64,000 bases of DNA from Macrostomum lignano (taxonomy: Eukaryota). This document shows positions 35,582 through 53,964 of this stretch, piece after piece. The notes beneath the pieces were generated by a model. That model had not been told where the DNA came from and did not search any database. It saw only the letters and a program-made list of their open reading frames with translations. Positions within the stretch are counted from its first letter, which is position 1. Each line of letters opens with the position of its first letter. The position numbers and the translations under genes were made by a program. The DNA lies in assembly GCA_002269645.1 (NCBI GenBank), contig NIVC01000040.1, positions 62,001-126,000 on the forward strand, read 5' to 3'.

Positions 35582-38500
35582 TTAGTCTTCAGTGAGAACT
35601 TCTGGAAACACAACATTTCTGGTCCTTGTTCCCGGAATCCGGACGCGAACATTTGCCGCGTTCTTTGCTCGTGACAGCGCCGTGTACAGCTGGCCATGCG
35701 TGAAGCAACCGACTGACAGGTCAATGCCAACTGTGTCCAGAGACTGTCCCTGCGACTTGTGAATCGTCAGGCAGAAACTCGGCTTCACAGGGAACTGCAG
35801 CCGCTTAAAACTGACGGGGAGGTCCGCATTGCTAGGAATCAGCGGTATTCGCGGCAGAAGAATCGCGTCTTCCGTGAACTGGCCGGCGGCAATCTTGCAT
35901 CTAAGCACGTTCTCGCCCATTGCGAGTATGATCAGCCGCGTACCATTGCACAATCGTGGCGGGTTGATGTTTCTGAGAAGAACTACTGGCATACCCACTT
36001 TTAGCCTCAGCAAGTGAATCGGAAAGTTCGGGGCATCCAGCTGGTTGAGCAACTCAGGCGGGAAGTGCGTAGCGGCATCCTCATCGGCCACACTGTCTAT
36101 TGAGCGGTACTCCCGCAGGCTGCCGGGGAACATGCCCAGGCACGTCTCGTTGATGGCATCCACTGAGTCATTGTACGGCGCCAGGATCGCTCGGCTTGCA
36201 AAGTAGCCGTCCCTCTCCACTGACGCCTCAAACGATGGGTACACAAAATTTATCAGATCATTGAGCGGCGCCTCCGCAGAAATGATGATCTCAGCAGGAA
36301 GAGACACTTTCTCCTCTGCATCCTGCTCAATTGTTCCGGATCCGATCTGGGGGAGTTAAAAGTCAAATATTTAAAACGCTAGACAGACTTTAAGCAAGGC
36401 ATTCTTGAATGAGCCACAATTTTTTTAATGGAGCTCTCAACACGAAAGAAACCGAATATCCTTAAATCTTCCAATATTTAAACTGATGAAAACAAACTTA
36501 CCTGCTTGAGTAGCTCGGTGTATCTCAAATACGTTGCAGAATCGGAACTGCTCAGCAATCGGATGTTTCTTGTAAGGCGATGCCGCCGGAAAAATTTCCA
36601 CAGTGGGGATCTGCTGACACACGCCATGACGCTGTTGGCTCGAGTCCCATGCACCACAACGGGCAGCAGCTGGCGAAAGTCCCCAGCGCAAACGAAAACC
36701 ACTCCGCCGAATGGCACGTCCTGCTTCCGCACGTCTCGCAAGCACCGGTCAACGGCCTCCAAATCCTTCCGGTTTGTCATAGAAATCTCGTCCCAGACAA
36801 TTAGACGCACTGTCCGAAATACAGCGGCCTGTTTGGACTGCGCTCCAACAGCGCACACGTCTTTGCTCGAACGGATCGCCCGAATTGGTATCTTGAACCT
36901 GGCATAGACAAATAGTTTCACCATGCCGAACATATTTACAGCACACGAAATATTTACAACTGCTTTTTGAAATATTGACAATAAATTACTCACGTTGAAT
37001 GCGCCGTCTGTCCACCTGGCAAAAGAGTCGCTGCGATTCCAGAAGCCGCAACGGCGAGGGCGACTTCACCCCGGCTGCGCACGAAGGCTAGCAGAACCTC
37101 TAGCAGGAAGGTCTTGCCAGTGCCAGCAGGTGCGTCCAGGAAGTGCAAGCCGCTGGTGCCGTCCACAAGATTCTGAGTCACGGACTCGTACACCGCTTTC
37201 TGCTCATCTGTCAGCATTGGTAAGCGCGCCTCAGTAATCAGTGCTTGCTCAACCGTATCAAACTGCATTGGTCCATCTTGAGGTGTCACGGAGGCCGCAG
37301 GCAGGCCGTACTCTGGCAGGCTTCTCCCGCCCATGGAGATCAGCATGCTCTGAAGCTCACGCAGCGCCAGGTCAGTAATCTCCTCGGTGCTCAAGTCTCG
37401 GTGGTGAAACCGCAGGTCCTCGCTGAGATCCTCGGCAAAACTGCACCAGAGGTCGCTGCCATCCTCAGGCTCACCCCATATGAGAATTACGGCCAGAAGA
37501 TGTCTCAGGGCTCTTGGCATTCTTGACTGAACGGCCTCAGCTAGACACCGCCGCCAGTGATCATCTCGCTGCAGCAGGCCAAGGGCCATGCAAGCAGCCT
37601 TGGCGCTCGGATGCACAACGCCGTCCACGGTCTGCAGCGCCTCGAAGCTAGTCGGTCCCCTAACATTCAAAAGGAGCATTCGAACATAAAATAAATCACC
37701 TGCTCTTGGACTCACCGTGTACATGCGTGCAACGTTTTTGTTCCGCACTACACCCGGATGGCCATCGACTCGCACACCCTGCTTGGCCCGCCGCCACACT
37801 CTTTCGCTGGAGTGCCACACAAAGTAGGACGGCACCTCCGTGTAGAGCAAGGACCCAGCAAATTCGTCAGTACGGCACAGCTTGAAAAATGCCGTCAACG
37901 TCGAATCCTTCGGCGTTCTCGCTTTTGCTCTTGCGGTCCCCTCGTTGAAATACACGAGCTGCTCTTCCGACTTGTGAACGCAGAGTCGGATGACCGCCGG
38001 AAACCTGTTGTGCACCTGATCAGAAAGGGAAAGGAAAATATACAGCCTTTAAGTTTCGATGGAAATTCAATTTATACTATGACGAGGTTTCACAGCTCCG
38101 GTTAAAATGAGCCAATAATAATTAAAACGCGAATTACTTCAAAGCCCAAGATGGTATTCACGGCTTCCATTGGACCAATGTAGCGCGCGGACAGGTACTC
38201 CTTAATCTCATCACGCGGCTCATTTCGTGTCGTTTGCGTCGACCGCTGGTTACCCACTGCCTGCTCTCTCGGTTCAGTAGAATTCCTATTGGCATCGACT
38301 TTGAACGTCGCCATGTCGCCACCCTTTAACAGGTACTTGATCACGTACTTGACCGACTTCACAGTGGCGCAAACTTCGACGTTCAAGTGGCACGCAAACT
38401 GGAGCAACAGGTCAGGGCTGTACGGAACGACCCACCTGTTTTAATGAAAAAATAATATCATTAACTTTCAGAAACAAAAGCTGCAATGCACAACTAAGCA

Positions 38501-41500
38501 ATATATTAGCGTTTGAACTTCCCTGTTGTCCATGCGAATGCTCCGGCCTTTGAACAGTTTGTCCACTGTAAATCCGCCCATCTCAGGCGATAGTCTGCGG
38601 TACAGTGGGTAGCCAGTATCGCTGGTCAGCGTCACCTGCTGGAACTCTTTCGGAAAGCCCTTGCTGCATTCGCCATTCTCCATGCAAGGACACGCCGGAT
38701 TCTCCTTGCCGCAGGGGCCATGGATCATGTGCGTCTTCACCAGCTCATACAGCACAGGCTGCTGCTCTGGGTCCGGAATCTCGGCAGACACGATGTCATC
38801 GTATCGGTCCGGAGTCACTCGCTGACCGCTCACGAGCCACAGCAGAAAGTGCACATGAGGAAGACCTGGAGCGTCAAAAAAGTATTAAAAAATATCACAA
38901 AACCTTTGTAAATCTAAATTTCAATAAATCTTAAAACTTTGATTCTTGCAAGTCAGAATTTTTACTCACCACGCTTCTGGTACTCCAGTGAGCAAACGTG
39001 AGCGGCCTCTTTCCCATAGCGCTTGGTCAACTGGGCCAGCAGAGCTTTCTTCTTCATTTCAAAGACTCGGCTAACAATGTCGGGCCGGTCTTCTGCCCGC
39101 TGTCCAGGCAGAAGCTGAGCGCTGATCTCCGGCCATTTCGGATTGCACGTTGCGGTGACAAACAGGTCCGGCTTACCGAACTTGTGAACATAGGTCATAG
39201 CGTCCTGTAGCCTCTCCATCAGGTACCTTGGCCCGCCAACGAAGCTCGAAGACAGAAGCACATGCGCGGGCTTGCCTATGTCACTCGGATCTCTGTCGGT
39301 AGACCTGCCATCAGCTGCAAACAGAGCGTCCCGCAGACCGCTGTACGTCTCGCTGCGCAGGTCCTGCTGATGGGTCCGCAAATACAGCAGCCTCTCTGCC
39401 TCAATCTTGGCACACATGTCCACCAAGTACTGCTGAAATAATCTTCGGCCATAGTGCAGCACACTGAACTGGCCCGCTCGCACCATGATTTCGCTCGCAT
39501 AGTATTTCATGGGCGTCAATTTCTTGCCATTACTCATCAGCAACTCCGGGTGCCAGCCATCTTCGCCATTCGGGAACAGCAGCACATACTCCAGCGGGTC
39601 ATATGAGCGGTGCGTCTCGCTGATTCTCTGGGAACCGCCACCACGCAGTTGAATCACGACGTCCCGACTGGCCGGTGTGTTCTCATTGTCCTCCACAATC
39701 AGGATACCGACCTCGTTCGCCGTAGGCAAGTTGTAGCGCCTGATTTTGAACGGAGTTTGTGGGATACAGAGTCTGTACAAATTGGATAATTGGATAATTT
39801 ATTACGCAAAATATCTTATTAGAATGTCTTGCAGACATACCGAATGTGTTCCCCAGATGGTCGACGGTCAGGGTGAATTACGATTCGCGCATCTCCCAAC
39901 TCCGGATCTTGACTGATTCGATGAGCGACTGCCCTCAGGCTGCGGACATAGCCGTTGCACTCGTGAAGCAGCGTCTGCAAAAGCTCCAGTAGCTCCGGCT
40001 TCACCTTCTGGCTGAGACTCTGGCGGCTTTCAAGTTCGCGATCATTGAAATACACCTGCCAGCCATGGGGCTCAGCTGAATCCTCTGCAAACAGCGGCGC
40101 CGTGTTGTGATGCAACTGGCCGCTGATGATGAAGCTGGGACACCAGCCTGGCACCAACCGCAGTTTGGCACCCAGCGATGTCAGGTGCAGCGCCGAGTTG
40201 TAACTCCGAATGTTGGTCAGGAACTCGGCACTCATTCTGTGCCGCCCCAGGTACAGATCTGCCAGCACTTGAGGCACGGTGCGGCTGGGCAGCTTCACCT
40301 TGCCTTTGGCGCAGCAGAAATTCCTCGTCTCAGAGCACCAAAGTAATGCACCGCATTGGTCGCATGCTCTGTCCATTGGGCCACAGTTATGGGCTGGCGC
40401 TTCAGGCCTGATAATCCGTTCTGGCCTGTGATTGGAAGGATTAGGATTAGGAAGGATTAATGGCAAACAGTTTTCCCAGTTAATCTTTCAGCTTACAAAA
40501 AAATTTATTGGAATAAAACAACTTGAGTTCGATGACAAATAAATTATGATGACCAGTCACACCAATGACCTACCTCTCTTGAGCAGGTCTTGCGCCACAA
40601 TGACCTGCACTCTGCTGAGTTAATCTTGGCTCCTCTGCATCTACAATGGGCTCAGAAACTGGAATCGGATTAGCAAATCGCAATGACTCATAATGCTCAT
40701 GACGCAAAAGAATTCGGACGATTGCAATCGGTGGCTGCAAAGGGGACATACAGTACTGCAGTACAGTGCCGTTTTCTTGATAAATCACCAGATCAACATT
40801 AAAACAACGGCTTAAAAGCGGAACAACTTCATCAGGCACATATGTGCCTTCAGAAAAAGAGGAATCAACAATGAAATCAGCATTTTCTGGCAAAACAAAG
40901 CCTTGTTCAATCAATTCTGGCATAATCTGCACTACACGGCTCGTCAGCTCGTGTCTTAAAGATGCCGCATCGGTCTCAAGTGGAGTGCCCTGCAACTGGT
41001 CACAGACTGCATAAAAAAAACAGTTCCCATCACCAGGAATGCGAATTATGCGCAACGCATCAAAAGGTACCACAGACGGTGTGGCCAACTCACTACTATC
41101 AAACCTGGAATATAGGAAAAAAATTATACACAACTTCATTTGCCGGTAATTAAAGTAGTGACGAATAAATTTTATGCTATTCTATACTGATCTCTTAAAT
41201 AAAACTCTTGGAAAGCAATCGACTTGAAAAGTTGAGAAAAAATGCACGAAACAGATTCCAGTTTTTAATTATATGCCCAAGTACCAATAAAACATCAGCT
41301 AAGATAGAAAATACCCCGAATTAGGCACAATGGGCACTTGGATTTTATATAGCTATAAAATATATAGCTCCAATTAAAATGTCATCCTACCTGCCAGCCG
41401 ACACTCCTCGACGGCGAATTTGCTCGGCTTCCACTCGAGCTCTTCGTTGCTCTTCGGTTTCTGAAGCGCGTCGCTTCTCCGCACGAGTTCTGTCTCCAGA

Positions 41501-41731
41501 TTTACGCTCTTCTCGCTGAGCGTCGGTTTCCGTTGCCCTTCGCTCAGCCTCCTGCTGCCGGTGTCCAGCCAGCCGCTCTTCTCGCTGCGCGTCAGTCTCC
41601 ATGGCCGTTCGCTCATTCTTCTGCTGCCGCAGTCCAGCCAGCCGCTCCTCTCGCTGAACGGCACTCTGTTGCTGACGCTTCTTCTTGGCATCTCTGCTCT
41701 TCTTCAATGCGCTGGTGCCACGTCGAGCCAT
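35582..41731 (-). CDS. Helitron Rep/PIF1-helicase transposase with an OTU protease domain; exons 41731-41391, 41104-40574, 40425-39841, 39739-38970, 38865-38523, 38435-38138, 38015-36994, 36898-36502, 36346-35582 (1683 aa if spliced)
   Basis: OTU IPGDGNCFFYAV...HYESL; Zn-finger CDQCGA...FCC; Rep motifs DLFVTATCNPKW, EYQKRGLPHVH, KYVIKY; helicase DAPAGTGKT, WDEISM, GDFRQLLPV, QFPVKPSFCLTIHKSQGQSL, HGQLYTALSR. Seven introns are GT-AG; intron 5 begins GG. Confidence 0.93.
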
Positions 41732-42728
41732 ATTGGAATTCAAATTGAAAGATAAGAATTTTGAGTTATAATGAAAAGAAAGGATAGTAGGGGTTGTGTG
41801 CGAGAAAAGAGAAAGGTATGAAGTCTATAATGTCACGCGTTTTAAACTCAGCAACAACCCAATCCCAAAAAGCTGGACACCATTTGTACACTGTTAGACT
41901 GTCAGTGTGTACAGCAAGCCTAAATTCTCTCCAATACGCGCCTGCTAATTGGTCAGGACTTTTTTATTATTCAATACTCTCTCTCAAACACCTAACTCTA
42001 ACTCTCCTATGTGAAAGGATTCAGATAAATTTTCTGAACTGGAGGCGCAAGCCTCAGTAGCCAATGTACATCTATCTCTGTGGCACTTTTGGACTTTTTT
42101 ATAATCAGACGGTTTTATTACATTTTGGAGGGTCAGTCTCAACATGGTTCGTATATTGTGAATCAATTAGATACTGTATATATGTGCATGTATTTCACTC
42201 TCTCACTATCCCTCTCTCCAGCATTTAAAGTTAGTATGTCAATTGTGCACGGGGACATTTTATAATGTACAATCTTTTCTCGCAGTCTACATTTATAGTT
42301 CTCTAGCCTGGCGACAAAAAATACTACTTTACTGGGCGCTGCAAAGTTCAATTCCAATAAGAATGGCTCACAGTAGGAAGTTCTGCTTGACCCTTGCAGA
42401 AAGTGTTTTCAACACTGTGACGCAATTCAAGGCGGAGATACAATTCAGCTGTTATGCAATCTTTATCACAATCAGAATTCAGTCAGTCAGTTTTTTCTCT
42501 AGCATTTTTACAATGCATTTCAGGTCGAAAGAGCTGCTTGACCTTTGCAAAAAAGCATGTTTTTCGAATATTTAATACCTTTAACATTGAGAAATTTCTT
42601 AGCCAAGATGCATGTACCGTCCCAGGAAAATTTCTGATCGAATGGTGCAAGTTTGAAGAAAATCGATTGAGCCAATTTTTCTGAAATCTATCGCATACCC
42701 ACAGACAACTCATTTTTAGTATATAGGA

Positions 42729-45700
42729 CTAGCAATCTTCGCCCCCCGTTGGGGGACATCTGTATAGAATCTCTGTTCTCTACAAGTAATAAGAAAATAG
42801 CCAAATAAAGCTTTCACAAAGAAAACAGACAAACTACTCAAATGAAGTGCAATGCAAAAAGAAATCATCCCAAGACAGCAAGCATCCCCCAGATAGCAAG
42901 CATCCCCCAGATAGCAAGCATCCCCCAGATTGCAAGCATCCCCCGGATAGCAAGCATCCCCAGATAGCAAGCATCACCCAAATAGCAAGCATCCCCAGAT
43001 AGCAAGCATCCCCGGATAGCAAGCATCACCCAAATAGCAAGCATCCCCAGATAGCAAGCATCCCCCAGATAGCAAGCATCCCCCAGATTTCAAGCATCCC
43101 CCGGATAGCAAGCATCCCCCAGATAGCAAGCATCCCCCAGATTTCAAGCATCCCCCGGATAGCAAGCATCCCCAGATAGCAAGCATCACCCAAATAGCAA
43201 GCATCCCCAGATAGCAAGCATCCCCCAGATAGTAAGCATTACCCAAATGGCAAGCATCCCCCAGATAGCAAGCATTACCCAAATAGCAAGCATCCCCAAA
43301 TAGCAGGCATCCCCCAGATAGCAAGCATTACCCAAATAGCAAGCATCCCCAGATAGCAAGCATCCCCCAGATAGCAAGCATCACCCAAATAGCAAGCATC
43401 CCCAGATAGCAAGCATCCTCCAGATAGCAAAAATCCCCCAGATAGCAAGAATCCACCAGATAGCAAGCATCACCCAAATAGCAAGCATCCCCAGATAGCA
43501 AGCATCCCCCAGATAGCAAGCATCCCCCAGATAGCAAGCATCCTCCAGATAGCAAGAATCCCCCAGATAGCAAGAATCTCCCAGATAGCAAGCATCCCCC
43601 AGATAGCAAGCATCCCCCAGATAGCAAGCATCCCCAAGATACAAGCTAGCAAGCATCCCCCAGATAGATAGCATCCTAGATAGCATAATAAGTAGCTAGT
43701 GCGACAATTTCCTTAGCATTATAGTGGCTCCTTTAAAATTCGCAAACTTTTACGTTTGAAATTGTGTATCTTTTATGTTTGACATGGTAGCCCTTTAATG
43801 TTCAACATGGTGGCTCTTTTATGTTCGACATAGTGGCTCCTTTATGATCGACATGGTGGCTCTTTTATGTTCGACATAGTGCCTCCTTTATGTTCGACAT
43901 GGTGGCTCCTTTATGTTCGACATGGTGGCTCTTTAATGTTTGATATGGTGGCTCTTTAATGTTTGACATGGTAGCCCTTAAATGTTCAACATGGTGGGTC
44001 TTTTATGTTTGAAATAAAGTCTCTTATATGTTTGACATGGTGGCTCTTTAATGTTCTACATGGTGGCTCTTTTATGTTCGACATGGAGTCACATATATGT
44101 TTGACATGGTGGCTCTTTAATGTTCTACATGGTGGCTCTTTTATGTTCGACATGGAGTCACATATATGTTTGACATGGTGGCTCTTTAATGTTCGACATG
44201 GTGGCTCTTTAATTTTTGACGTTGTGGCTCTTTAATGTTCGACATGGTGGCTCGAATGTTTGACATGGTGGCTCTTTAATGTTCGACACGATGGCACTTT
44301 AATGTTTGATATGGTGGCTCTTTAATGTTTGACATGGTAGCTCTATAATGTTCAACATGGTGGCTCTTTTATGTTTGAAATAAAGTCTCCTATATGTTTG
44401 ACATGGTGGCTCTTTAATGTTCGACATGAAGTCACGTATATGTTTTATATAGAGTCATATATGTTTTACATAGTGGCTCTTTTATGTTTGAAATGGTGGC
44501 TCTTTAATCTTTGACATGGTGGCTCTTTAATGTTCGACATGGTGGCTCCTTAATGTTCGACACGATGGCTTTTTAATTTTTGACGTTGTGGCTCTTTAAT
44601 GTTCGACATGGTGGCTCAAAAGTTTGACATGGTGGCTCTTTAATCTTTGACATGGTGGCTCTTTAATGTTCGACATGGTGGCTCCTTAATGTTCGATACG
44701 ATGGCTCTTTAATGTATGACATGGTGGCTCTTTTATGTTTTACATGGTGGCTCTTTAATGTTCGACATGGTGGCTCCTTAATGTTCGACACGATGGCTTT
44801 TTAATTTTTGACGTTGTGGCTCTTTAATGTTCGACATGGTGGCTCAAAAGTTTGACATGGTGGCTCTTTAATCTTTGACATGGTGGCTCTTTAATGTTCG
44901 ACATGGTGGCTCCTTAATGTTCGACACGATGGCTCTTTAATGTATGACATGGTGGCTCTTTTATGTTTTACATGGTGGCTCTTTAATGTTCGACATGGTA
45001 GCTCTTTAATGTTTGACATGGTGGCTCTTTTCTGTTTGACATGATGGTTCTTTTATGTTTGAAATGGTGGCTCTTTAATGTTTGATATAGTGGTTCTTTT
45101 ATGTTTGACATGGTGGCTCTTTTATGTTTGACATGGTGGCTTTTTAATTTTTGACATTGTGGCTCTAATGTTTGACATGGTGGCTCTTTGATGTTTGACA
45201 TGGTGGCTCTTTAATTTTTGATATAGTGACTCTTTAATGTTCGACATGGAATCACGTATATGGTCGACATGGTGGTTTTTTAATGTTTGACATGGTGGCT
45301 CTTTTATGTTTGACATTGTGGCTCTTTAATGTTCGACATGGTGGCTCTAATGTTTGACATGGTGGCTCTTTGATGTTTGACATGGTGGCTCTTTGATGTT
45401 TGACATGGTGGCTCTTTAATGTTTGAAATGGTGGCTCTTTAATGTTCGAAATGGGGCTCTTTAATGTTCAAAATGGTCGCTCTTTAATGTTCGACATGAT
45501 GCCTCTTTTAGGTTTGACATGATGGCTTTTTTATGTTTGACATGGTGGCTCTTTAATGTTCGACATGGTGGCTCGTTTAGGTTCGACATGGTGGCTCTTT
45601 TTTAATGTTTTACATGGTGGCTCTTTAATGTTTTACATGGTGGCTCTTTTATGTTCGACATGGTGGCTCTTTTTTATTCTACATGGTAACTCTTTTATGT

Positions 45701-46550
45701 TTGATACGGTGGCTTTTTAATGTCTGACATGGTGGCTCTTTAATGTTCGAAATGGTGGCTCTTTAATGTTCAAAATGGTGGCTCTTTTATGGATGACATG
45801 GTGGCTTTTTAATGTTTGACATGATAGCTCTTTTATGTTCGATATGGTGGCCCTTTAATGTTCGACATGGGGGCTCTTTAATGTTTGACATGAAAACTCT
45901 TTTATGTTCGATATGGTGGCTCTTTAATGTTCGACATGGTTGCTCTTCTATGTTTGACATTGCGCTTCTTTTATGTTTAGCAGTTTTGTGTTTTTAAGGT
46001 GTTTTAATAAAAAAATTTTTGCACTACTAAGATTCGAACTCAGGTCGCTACTTTAGCATTCCAGTCTGTTCGCATCTGGGCTATCTCTTTTTAATTGGAG
46101 AATGTGAATTGTGGCCCTTATAATTTAATTCTTACAGCAAGTGAGTTAGAGTAAAAGTTATGACATAATCAATTTCTCAGTCAGCCAGTATCAGTCTCAA
46201 TTTAAGTTAGCAATATTGTTACGCAATTTTAATCAAGTCGTGTGTGCATTTCTTTGACACTGTTTTCAACTTGTGATGCAATCTTTATCACAATTGAAAT
46301 TCAGTCAGTGAGTTTTTTCTCTCGCATTTTTACAATGCATTTCAGGTCAAAAGAGCTGCTTGACCTTTGCAAAAAAGCATGTTTTTCGAATATTTAATCC
46401 CTTTAATATTGAGCAATTTCTTAGCCAAGATGCATGTACCGTCCCAGGAAAATTTCTGATCGAATGGTGCAAGTTTGAAGAAAATCGGTTGAGCCAATTT
46501 TTCTGAAATCTATCGCATACCCACAGACAACTCATTTTTAGTATATAGGA
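42729..46550 (-). mobile_element. Non-autonomous Helitron unit A (3.8 kb), deletion derivative of unit B with expanded repeats
   Basis: 5' TC at 46550, preceded by A; 5' ~350 bp matches 42728-42400; 3' hairpin and CTAG at 42732-42729; the interior is mostly 18-bp and 23-bp arrays. Confidence 0.88.
42870..45990. repeat. 18-bp array (~42870-43690) and 23-bp array (~43770-45990) inside Helitron unit A
   Basis: Direct reading; period 23 at 43867/43890. Confidence 0.93.
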
Positions 46551-46571
46551 TTTAGTATATTTAGATTAGCA

Positions 46572-46816
<245 letters not shown>

Positions 46817-47189
46817 AAGGCATCTCAATTGGCCACAGATTGCATTTAGAGATAAATGTTGAAATTTAAGTACATAAAGCAGTATATTTTAGTGTACAGT
46901 GAATTCAACTGCAAGATCGCTTGTAATGATAATTCCCTAGTTTTAAATATATTAATATACAATACAATATGTACTCGTACGTACTGTAATTAATTTTACT
47001 ATAATTCATGCAATCGATAATCATGTCATTTTTCAGTTTATTGTTTGTACCTGTTAAGAAGTTTCACAAAAGTCTGATGGCATGTTGGAATCAGATTCAG
47101 TTATAAGTAACAAGTGGCGCTAAGCTCAAGTATTGGATAATGGATAAATTCAGATTTTTTATCAGACTGGTATTTACCTAAGGCAACCT

Positions 47190-48085
47190 TGAGTTCACCT
47201 GTTAGAGAAGACAGCTACAGGGGTCACCTGGAGATCACCTGTTAGAGAAGACAGGTACAGGAGTCACCTGGAGATCACCTGTTAGAGAAGACAGCTACAG
47301 GGGTCACCTGGAGATCACCTGTTAGAGAAGACAGCTACAGGGGTCACCTGAAGATCACCTGTTAGAGAAGACAGCTACAGGGGTCACCTGGAGATCACCT
47401 GTTAGAGAAGACAGCTACAGGGGTCACCTGGAGATCACCTGTTAGAGAAGACAGCTACAGGGGTCACCTGGAGATCACCTGTTAGAGAAGACAGCTACAG
47501 GGGTCACCTGGAGATCACCTGTTAGAGAAGACAGCTACAGGGGTCACCTGGAGATCACCTGTTAGAGAAGACAGCTACAGGGGTCACCTGGAGATCACCT
47601 GTTAGAGAAGACAGGTACAGGAGTCACCTGGAGATCACCTGTTAGAGAAGACAGATACAGGGGTCACCTGGAGATCACCTGTTAGAGAAGACAGATACAG
47701 GGGTCACCTGGAGATCACCTGTTAGAGAAGACAGCTACAGGAGTCACCTGGAAATCACCTGTTAGAGAAGACAGCTACAGGGGTCACCTGGAGGTCCCCT
47801 GTTAGAGAAGACAGGTACAGGAGTCACCTGGAGATCACCTGTTAGAGAAGACAGCTACAGGGGTCACCTGGAGATCACCTGTTTGAGAAAACAGCTACAG
47901 GGGTCACCTGGAGGTCACCTGTTAGAGAAGACAGCTACAGGGGTCACCTGGAGATCACCTGTTAGAGAAGACAGGTACAGGAGTCACCTGGAGATCACCT
48001 GTTAGAGAAGACAGCTACAGGGGTCACCTGGAAATCACCTGTTAGAGAAGATAGCTACAGGGGTCACCTGGAGATCACCTGTTGA
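47190..48085. repeat. Minisatellite, 40-bp monomer (GAGATCACCTGTTAGAGAAGACAGCTACAGGGGTCACCTG), just 3' of the CD36 gene 1 stop
   Basis: Direct reading. Confidence 0.97.
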
Positions 48086-48143
48086 ACCCCGAATGAGCTG
48101 TCAGTCAGTCAGAGCACATCCAGTAGAACCGAGGCCCCAGCTG

Positions 48144-53728
<5,585 letters not shown>

Positions 53729-53964
53729 TTTTATTTTGCTTGCCTGTCGTTAAATCAGCTTCTGTCTTCTGTCTTGCTGTTTGTTATATTACTGTAAAAT
53801 ATATCATGAAAGGACCTCACCTTATAGGCCAGCTTTTCAAACCCGATGATTAATGGTCTGATATTAATAGCACTGCCGCTGTGTCTCCACGCAAGTCATG
53901 AAGTGCGAATCAAGTTAATATCTGGATTGAAAATTTCTTGTTTAGCAAAGCAGGACGAAGTCTC

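Larger units (their letters stand above)
33636..42728 (-). mobile_element. Autonomous-type Helitron unit B (9.1 kb)
   Basis: 5' TC at 42728; 3' hairpin CCCCCAACGGGGGG and CTAG at 33639-33636; encodes a RepHel protein. Confidence 0.93.

Noticed and set aside
47190-48085. Regular 40-bp repeats as a possible CRISPR array
   Set aside because: Contiguous tandem monomers with no unique spacers, no cas genes, eukaryotic context. The same applies to all other arrays here.
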